Shown here: positions 20,601 to 28,800 of the stretch, piece by piece | Layout: each line of letters begins with the position of its first letter | Position numbering within the stretch: position 1 is the first letter of the stretch | IMG/VR virus record: IMGVR_UViG_3300025289_000026 | Location: 14,503 to 78,502 of that record | Length of the DNA stretch: 64,000 bases | Strand: one strand, 5' to 3' | Origin: a virus | The notes under the pieces: generated by a model | The model's database searches: none | The model's input: the letters and a program-made list of their open reading frames with translations, nothing else | What the model was told of the DNA's origin: nothing | Made by a program: the position numbers and the translations under genes

Positions 20601-22063
20601 CCACTATCCTGCTGACTGAGACCAATGGGTCACAAGACCTCCAGATGGCCGAGGGGACGTACCGAGGGCTCTTCACGTACCCTGGGCCGGATATCGAGCC
20701 GCTCGTGGGGACCGAGGGGGGGCCCTTCCTGGAGTCCGAGCGGTTGATCGTCCTGCCGGTCGATGCCTCGGGCCCCGGGGAACCGGGGCTGGAGTTCGAT
20801 GCCGAGATCGAGCTGGACGATGGCCTGACGGTCCGGCGGGATCTCCAGGCCGTCACGGATCCCCCGGATCCCGATGTCCTGCTTCCTGAACCCTACCGTG
20901 TCGTCGGGTTGCTGGAAGTCCCGGGGTCCCAGTACAATGATCTCCGGACGGGCCAGCCCTACCAGGTGGCCATCGCCAATGGGTCTCAATTCGGTACCTT
21001 CTACCTCGATTACCAGTTCCCCAGGGTCGAGTTCCCCGTGGCCCAGGGGGCCGATGGCGAGGTATTGATCGGCAGCCCCAATTTCGTGATCCCGAGCCTA
21101 TTGGCCGGGACCCCCGCGGTCTTCATCACGGGGTTGGGGGCCGACACCCTGGCGCCCAACGTGGTGGAGGACTTGTTGGCCGATTTTTCGTCCGTGCGGC
21201 CTGGTGATACCATCGAGGTCGGGACCCCCCTGGTCCCCCGGGCTATCGCCCAGGTGCTCTCCAGTACCAAGTTACTGTTGGCCGACGCCCCTGCCCTTGA
21301 GCTATCGCAGCTTGGGGTGCCGTATACGATCCGGGGGACCGTGGTCCCGGGGGACTGGTTGTTCATCGAGGAGTTCGCCGGTCCAGTGGATCGCGATATC
21401 CTGGGGATCCGGGAGGGTGACGTCCTGGTCGTCACGTCGGTCGGGAGCCAGTTTGTCACGGTCTCGAGGATTCTGGTGAACGGGAGTCTCGAGGCCCTGG
21501 TGTTCGGCGCCACGGTCACGGGGATTCAGTACCGGCTCCTGAGGGCACCGCTGCCCTACAGTGCCAACCCACAGGTCCCCGCGGTCTCGAGGGTCTCGAG
21601 GGTGAACCTTGGGTACAACTTGAAAGCCGACGATATCCGGTCGGTCGAAGATGCGGTCGATATCGAGATCCTGCTTCCCTGTGGCCCCGGGGAGGTGGCG
21701 GTCATGGAGAACACCAGCTATACCCTGGCGCTTGGTGATGTCGTCAGGGTATCGTTCGAGTATGATGGTCAGGTCGTCATCCCGGGCCAGGCGGCCGAGG
21801 GGGTTGGGATCGGCCAGGGGGACGTGATCTCGGCCTCGAGGTTCAAGTCACCGGTCGATTGGTACAACATGGGGGTCAGGTCGGTCGCGGACGTGGGGGC
21901 AACCCAGGGGGACTACATGGATCTCGTGGGCCTGCCGGCCAACACCGGGGTATTCCAAATCCTGGCCATCGAGACGACGGATCAATTGAACGATACCCTC
22001 GTGCTGGCCATTGGGACACTGGTTATTGAGACGGGTGTATCCTATACTGTCGTGTGCCTCTAG
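17642..22063 (+). CDS. Baseplate wedge protein (gpI/gp7-like) with a repeat-rich C-terminal extension
   Basis: Follows baseplate J; WNALWSGAQLESIRKGVQAFLGLP and FLDRIRP motifs; GGAG SD. Confidence 0.65.
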   Translation: MPKIFGSSVESSFFKFLSKIWDKLPQDDRDFLAEYWRGLIRGASDEYLNILQVEAATGILSINPFEVKKWRPIEVRKVLGFKDQDADGLVSVYPSGRTTPHHLDHGIARIEGLYRNLEALHFELDPPVPHAQVFDFSFDMRLTRLGPQGDAVAVGYYDGEGVRARASSVALVFGKIAGTEFVPVVTLVGSDTTVKVGFALPEVISPTGILAAGFAFSNQENLAVVAPRLLPSTTLEGGQAAVQVPEGSYGSVSLLLSTPPGPGDRLFHVYRSPTNFQDSYELLTTQGPVELTNVALGEYSLQFSTSGVPFNQGDWIKIRPLSLDAQFTFQSGAPPFMPLRVQQTTSKLSLTWAAASGSEAPGLWLVTSDTLGLYESLQAVKILEGTINPLDDLTTFHFEDFHTYRVDVGNGLIKVLIDGAEVLSQGFDHRSDREFGAFGIYSLEGAVGSLAFFRNTKFFRFNLDQRIAELPALYDKYEQATKVLEIGSNYTLEPGILRFNSLADVGIDDIMVAEYVGYSTRRIETTYGLLAGVTGPDSLEMKNRTIAIWNALWSGAQLESIRKGVQAFLGLPISLVEGFVTSDTSVDNFIDIDGVRYTFKEPVGPGVNPRTGKIFQRGDYVASMTALSSGVTVRDLVVQRGWWYQHQQDGNLHELQKYHYFEVEIDDRLVDPAIIIEVEAFLDRIRPIGDRFFVVARGDNLDTLVVEGNESRVALLDPTTGDPRRVFIGDSSDPAVVCTPYILTTPEPATLGYQMFGALTIQEVEGLFDLQEGQSLTGIEVGGFGDPDPAFLEFNLIQSGTGGATTAPLLFSDPTLAGPTTFTATGVRPGDVLTILLGPLFGNYQVSEVTSPTTLEINPTFRPFVTNGGPLLYEVTRPAVYNGAMSSFFPVGGYLVRPGATLVIKADYFPEVSVIVGIEPAVDPFLAPFVQPEDLVDALFFLNGESKIPGAIPKLQFLRVDTRDFPPFATPPRRLCIETAASKGMNSTILLTETNGSQDLQMAEGTYRGLFTYPGPDIEPLVGTEGGPFLESERLIVLPVDASGPGEPGLEFDAEIELDDGLTVRRDLQAVTDPPDPDVLLPEPYRVVGLLEVPGSQYNDLRTGQPYQVAIANGSQFGTFYLDYQFPRVEFPVAQGADGEVLIGSPNFVIPSLLAGTPAVFITGLGADTLAPNVVEDLLADFSSVRPGDTIEVGTPLVPRAIAQVLSSTKLLLADAPALELSQLGVPYTIRGTVVPGDWLFIEEFAGPVDRDILGIREGDVLVVTSVGSQFVTVSRILVNGSLEALVFGATVTGIQYRLLRAPLPYSANPQVPAVSRVSRVNLGYNLKADDIRSVEDAVDIEILLPCGPGEVAVMENTSYTLALGDVVRVSFEYDGQVVIPGQAAEGVGIGQGDVISASRFKSPVDWYNMGVRSVADVGATQGDYMDLVGLPANTGVFQILAIETTDQLNDTLVLAIGTLVIETGVSYTVVCL

Positions 22064-22065
22064 CG

Positions 22066-22074
22066 TGCTAGAAT
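22066..22074 (+). promoter_or_regulatory. Candidate extended -10 promoter (TGcTAGAAT)
   Basis: Lies in the 27-nt gap upstream of the tail-collar/fibre genes. Confidence 0.45.
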
Positions 22075-22090
22075 AACCCGATCCACTTGC

Positions 22091-22816
22091 ATGAAGGCCA
22101 CGATTCCACCGTTCACTGGTTTTGTCGAGATCGAGCAGCTTGATCTCCAGGGGAACCTCGTGGCTCTCGAGTCCCAAGGTTTCAACCTGGTGCTCAATAA
22201 TTTTCGGCAATATCTGCCCCGCCTCCTGGCCCCCCGGATCGTGACGGGCCGGACGGACAACTCCTCGGGCAACAACAGTTGGCTGGACCGCCGGATCGCG
22301 CTGTTGGGAATTGGAATCGGCGACGGGGCTGTCCCGACCCCGACGGTCAAGCCAGAGGATCCGGAGGATGGCCGCACCCGGCTGCTCGGCGGTCTATTTA
22401 CCGACGACGAGGATGCAAAGCAAGGACTCCAGGGCCCGATCCGCCGGATCCCCCTGACACCCAGCGGCCCGAGCGAGAAGCATACGCTCGTGAGCCCGAT
22501 CAACAGCTTTTATCTGTTCAAAGAAGTGGACATCGATGGGATCGCGTTTCAGGATATTGGTGGCGGGGGCTCGGAGATCAAGTTCAGGTTCACCGTTGAC
22601 TCGGACGAGTACATTGGCAACATCATGGAGTATGGGCTCTACCTCGGGGGTGGGGACGCGACTGACGATACATCATTTTTGATCTCAGGACCTGATTTTG
22701 ATCGTGTCCGGTTGTCCCGCGAGACCGCCATCATTGTGGCGCGGAAGACACGGAACAAACCGTTGGAGAAAACCAGAGGATTCAAATTCCGCCTGACCTG
22801 GCGGCTCCGTACCTAG
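22091..22816 (+). CDS. Tail-collar/fibre attachment-like protein
   Basis: NLVLN, IGIGDG, EYGLY, IVARKT..LEKT..FRLTWRL pattern; directly precedes the tail fibre. Confidence 0.55.
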   Translation: MKATIPPFTGFVEIEQLDLQGNLVALESQGFNLVLNNFRQYLPRLLAPRIVTGRTDNSSGNNSWLDRRIALLGIGIGDGAVPTPTVKPEDPEDGRTRLLGGLFTDDEDAKQGLQGPIRRIPLTPSGPSEKHTLVSPINSFYLFKEVDIDGIAFQDIGGGGSEIKFRFTVDSDEYIGNIMEYGLYLGGGDATDDTSFLISGPDFDRVRLSRETAIIVARKTRNKPLEKTRGFKFRLTWRLRT

Positions 22817-22823
22817 GGGATTC

Positions 22824-25800
22824 ATGATTGTCAGGCGCCCAAAAGAACTACTGCTCGGTAACCTCCCGGTCGCCACCACGGGACCCCAGGGGAGTCCGCC
22901 GGATACCCGGCTGCTCGGTCGTGCCGAGCCCATGGCGGCCGAGACGATCAACCGGGGGGCCTACGCGGTCGCGGAACAATTGGATGCTCTGTACAACCAG
23001 GTGTTCGCCATCTTCCGCAAGGCCGTGACCAAGGCGGCTCGCAAGGAAGTGGGGGTCACGGCTCCGTACAACCAGTTCAATATTCTACAGCCACCCGGCG
23101 ATGGGCTCACCATGTACTCGGGTGTGTCGGTCGACGATACCCCCGCGACCTTGGCCGATGTGTTCCAACCGGGCGAGAACTCAACCTACCAGCAGGCTGT
23201 CGAGGGGGCCTACACGGTCTACCGTGACGCCGGTTCGATCACGGATGCAAATCCGTTCGTTCTTCAAATCCGAACACTCGACACCTACACGGACGCCTGT
23301 CAGATCATTTTCGTACTTGACAATGCTTTCTTGCCCCTGCCCGACCCGGTGACGATAGCGTTCACCAATGGGTCGCCCGACATCCTGGAGGTCAGGTACA
23401 AGACAGCCGCTACGTACTACGATGTAGCGTATGCGATCAATAATGACATCGGCGCCACGGTAGCGGATAAATTCAAGGCCGTGGCCCCGGTGCCCAACAC
23501 GGTGGCGGTGACTTCATTGAACAACTTGGCCGCTGGCCCAACATCCGCTGGCCAGTTGGTCGACATCCTGGGGAAAGCTCAGGTCGATGCTTCGATCGAA
23601 GGGATCGTGATCGACGACCCCATCTCGGGGATTGATCTTCCAGCGCTATTCAGCAATCCCCCGGCGGTCGTCAAGCTCACGACGCCCGCGCATAACGAGC
23701 TTAGCCTTGCGACCGCATGGCCCGGGGGCCTGGGTGACCCGTTGGCCGTGGGGGACAAGTTGGTCATCGGGCTCAACGCATCCACGGCTGCGGGGTTCCC
23801 GGGGGACGGCATCTCGGTGGGTCGCTACCAGGTGGTCGAGATCGCGGCGTTGCCTGGGCCTGATGGGTACTCTCAAGGATCTTTGATCCAGTTCACCGAG
23901 GAGTTCAACCTACCGACCGATACGAATGAAAACTTTCACTACCTGGTGAACCGATACAAAGCACGCCACTGGGCCATCGGGCACAACCATCGGTTCGATA
24001 TTCCGAAATCCGGCAACCCGTTGAAACTTGAGTTCGGGGAACTGGAGAATATCCATTGGTTCCAAGGGACCGCCGGGATCCCGTTCGCCGATTTCGAAGA
24101 CATCAGGATCGCAACATACCGAGGTAGATACGACCTGCCAGCTAACGATATGGATGGGCAAGCGAGTTTCGTACAACCGCTGAATGATGAAATAATTTTG
24201 ACCGGTGGCGGGTTGATAAACCCTAGCGATGGAACAGAGCGTCTTCAAGTGGTGATCAGGCCTTTGTTTAACGCGGTGCCGTCGAGTGTAAATATTGAAG
24301 ATCTTCGGTTCGTGATGGACGCGGTTCCTTCGTCTCTAGTCAATGCCGTAAAAGTATACTACTCAGATAGTGGGGATCCTGGACCATCCAGTTGGATACC
24401 GTATGGAGGTCCTAAAGATCTGCAGGTGGTTGAATCCTTAGGCCCAAAAGTATTGCTTCGTGTTGAACCAGACGGCTTTTCGAGCGGTATCCACTCGTAC
24501 TACAAGGTAGTATTCCAGAGTGTCATAACCACCTCTGCGAATATAGAGCGCATCTTCTTCAGCGGGGCCCACGCGGCCGGTGCCATGATCCATCACACCG
24601 GTGGTGGCGATTACGTCGTGACCGACCTGGAGGTCTGGATAGTCCAGCCGAGCGACACCCCGGTGCCCAACCACACGGTCGATATCTACACCTCGAATTC
24701 TCCCTCGGGGGCCGCGGGGTCGTTCGTCAAGATTGCGGAGAACATTGAACTCCGGCAGTCCCATTTGATTGCGTCGAACAGCCCCTCGGGTACCAACAAG
24801 ATCTTCGCCTACAGGGCCTCGATTTTCCCCGAGAGCTACACCCTGGTGGAGGGCCTGGTGGGTGGCCAGTTCCTCGCCTTCATCGTCAAGGAAGCGGGGG
24901 TCGCGACATCCCAGCGGATCATCAAGGCCTGGTTGGCCGAGAGCCAATGCCAGGAGAACGCTTCACACATCGGATCGTTCATTGGGGATTCTCTTGGGGG
25001 CGCCGGATCGTCGTATATCAACCCCCTGCACCCCAGCGGGTTCGAAGGTGCTACCAACAAGTTCCGCTTGATTACCAACGTGGATATCGTTGGGCTCCCG
25101 GGGCCCGTGGCTAATCCACAGATCGATTTTGGATTCGGGAGCTATGCGAAATTCGGGGAGTTATCACCCGACAGCCTCCGGGCCGCGAGCGGCAGCTTCG
25201 GTGACGCCGGGTTCCTGGGGGCCAAGCTGGCCGAGGTGATGGGCGAGCCCGTGAGCTCGACGGTCCCGCCAGAACGATCGCTCATCGGGTTGGAAAACCG
25301 GTTACGAGAAATTTCTATCATTACCGTGGGGTTAGGGGTAACGAACTCATTCGGTCAGTTCAATGTCTCGGATTACCCGACGGTCAACGCAACCATCGAG
25401 GCCGCGGTCGCGGCCCTGCTGCCGGTGGACGGGGGCGTCATCTCGTTCAAGCCGGGGGTTTACGGAGATCTCAGCAGCCTGGTGACCAACTTCGTCGACA
25501 ACCACATCCGGATCAATCGGGACAACGTGGTCCTGAGGGCCGAGGCCCTGGGGTCCGTGACGATCAAGCTGCGACACTCACCCTCGGTTGCCCGGGGGTT
25601 CTGCCTGAAGCTCAATGGTTCGAACCTTGGGGTTCAGGATATTCGTTTCGATTCCGACGCCCCCGCGGCGGCCGATGCGTCCCCCTTCCTAGACCTCGAG
25701 AATGCCGTGTGGATCTCGGCGCCCCAGCAGTTGGCTGGGCCAGCCACGAGGCCACTTGATGGGACTGATGACTATACCGATGTGTCGATCCACAATTGCG

Positions 25801-28800
25801 AATTTGCTGGATTCACAAGGGTGCGGATCGGGACACCCGACATCTCCAGTGCCTTCATCACGTCGGCCAAGCTGTCGGGCGTCAGGATTACCAACTGTGA
25901 CTTCGATGCCACCTCCGATAGTGACCCCGTGGCGGTCAACGTGTCGTATTCGAGCCTGATGGTCAACCCCACGGTCACGCGGATTTCAGACCTTGTGGTG
26001 TCGGACTGCAGGTTATCGGGCGAGTTCGTCTCCCCCGTGACCAAGGCCATCAGGATTGCGGCAGCCACTAGGGTTGCGATCCAACGGATCCGCGGGGTCG
26101 TGAAGCTTTACTGGAGCAACACCCTGACGCTTTCGGACAGCAGTGTGTTCAATCTTTATGCCCGTGGAGTCCAACGGTTCACTTCAACGGATTCGGAGTT
26201 CTATACCCTTGCGTCGGGTAATGTCCCGGCCATCACGCTGGATGGTTACGCTGGGCGCAAGTGCTCCGGGGTCGTGTTCCACGCCTGCACCATCGCGACG
26301 GTCCAGGGATTCGCCTCCGGGTTAACCCAGGGGACGCTTGACGTAATGTATACCGACGGGTTGATCGTGTCGGAGTGTAACATCGAGTCCGTAGGCAACG
26401 CATCCCCGAGTCAGAAGGATCATTACGGCGTGACCCTCCGGACCGCGGTCACGAGCGCGGTGTTCCAGTCCTGCGGATTCGTGGGCAACCGAGTGATGCT
26501 AAATACTGATACTGGTGTAAATAGCAAGATTGCTATCCGTGGGTGCCAGGTGGTTCATTTCTCTTCGGAACCGGTGACGTCCCCTGGAACTCACGGGGTA
26601 TTTAGCTTTGTCAATGTGAACAATCTGTACATCGGGCACATCAGCGCGGCCCCTGGGGAGATGTCGTCAGCAAATCCGGACCGATTGATTCGGTTGGAGA
26701 GTTGCAACCATTTCACCATCGAGGCTGCGGAAGCCAGGGACAAGGGGTCGATACATTTACTAAACTGTACCTTCGGGATCGTGGCAAATTGCCGGCTGAC
26801 CAACTCGTTGTCGAACCCCGGGTGCGCCGTGACGAAAACTACGTCATCGCGTATATTCCAAGTCGGAAACATCACGTCGGACGGCGGGGGCATTGTGTTG
26901 CCCGACGGCGCCCGTTACCGATCAGAGGAACCCTCCGGTACGTCGTTACCACTGGCCGATGGCAAAGAGATTCTAAAGTACGGCGATGGTGTTACCTACG
27001 GCAGCTTTAGGGTGTGGAAGGCTGGTCACAAGATCCTTATCACCCAGAACGTAAAATCGTTTACAGAAGCCGGGGGCTTGCTAATTGGCGCCAACGTCAT
27101 CACGAAGGAGATCAACGCCCAGGCCTCCACCACATTGGTCCTTGGTGTCGGGAGCGAGGTGCTGGAGGTATATGGATCCCGTGGGGGCGATGCCACGGCA
27201 CAATCGCTCGTGTCCTCGATCACCACGGGGGGCGCCGGACTCTTGAGCCTGCTGCCAAGTTGGGCACTGTCTCTGCTGTCTGGTATGAACAGCCCGTTGC
27301 TGGCGTTCCTCAAGACCGTGGTGGCGTCGGTCGGGGGCGCGAGTGGCAAGCCCGGGATCGTGCTGGAACAGTTTACCGACGCGGTTGTCTTGTCGGTCAA
27401 CCTGCAGTCCGACACAGGGCAGACAGATCGGTCGAATAGTTGGAACAACAGCTACTGGTCGAAGAAGGATACATCGAAGGCTGCCTTCGCCTTCATCCTG
27501 ACCTTGGCATCCAACGCTGGGGATTCGCCTCCATCGACGACAGCGAGATTTGCCGTTGTGGCATCGGGTGAGCGTACCACCACTGGTTCTTTGAGCACGT
27601 CTGTACGGTTTACTTTCGATACCACGGGCAACGGGGTTGGCCGGTTTCTGGCCTCAAACGGTGGGATCATTCGCGCGGCCCTCGAGACCGTTGGGACGAT
27701 TCTTCAGCGTGGCATTGGGTCTGATGTGGCTGCCCGTCATTTTGATTCCGATTCGTCACCTTTGCTGTCGTTCAAAGAATGGTCTACGGTCAAGTTTCCA
27801 AACGCATCGACAGGTGCGACAACTGAATTTTATCGTTGGGCCCTGACCAACAATGTGAATTACGATAGTGCGAATCTGCGCTGGGGTATAAACACCAATA
27901 TCCACACCACCTTTACCGAAGCCTTGGCCTTGGCCGTTGGGGGAGAGGGTCATTTGTTTGCACTCTATCGGCTGACCGCAGGCGAGACCACGACCCTGAG
28001 GGCAGCGCCCGGTTACATCGCGGCCACCGGGACCCCCGGGACCCAGACGTGGCGCATGGTCTTTGCCATCACGACCAGTGGGACGATTGTCCAGGGATCC
28101 CCCGGTTCATCCGCGGTCATCGGGGCGATTCCATTGTTCAAGTTCATGTCGTTCTTCCGCCAGTGGCAAGATGTGAGTCTCCCGAGACCGAATGCCCCTG
28201 GTTCGTCCGACTCCTTCTCCCTGGTCTTTACTCACAACGTCGACTACAACGACACGGGACCCGTGTGGGTAGGGAAAAGTACCTTGGACACTCGATTTGG
28301 GAGCAACGCCTACGCGATGGCTCTCCTGAGCCCGAATTTTTTGTTTGCCATCTATGCCCTCAAGAGTGCGTCCGACAGTATTGCGGGTCGATCTGTCCCC
28401 GTGACCGGTACCCCAGGGGGTGCAACGGGTACCTGGAGGCCTATCTTCTGGATGGATTACGGGGGTTCGATCCAGTTCACGAAAAATGACTTACCCGGTA
28501 TACCGGAGACCGTGGCGGCAGTAAGTGACGTCTCCGTGCCGGCGACATTCGTAATAGCGGCTCCCGATTCCGTCAATATCGGTCGGGCGGACTACGTCGC
28601 CACGAGTTCTGCCCAGAATGCAATCAATACCGCCCTCCGTGATTTAGAAGCGGAATCACCCGGCGGTCCAACGAATCCAAAGGGAGGGTCTATTGTACTT
28701 CTAGAGGGGACGTACAACATCACTGACGTCATCAAGATCGGCGTCTCTGGGCAGATACCGTGCCGCCACATAAAATTCATCGGGCAGGGCCGCGGGTCTA

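Noticed and set aside
21583-21603. GGTCTCGAG tandem repeat
   Set aside because: Only about two in-frame units (VSRVSRV); trivial.
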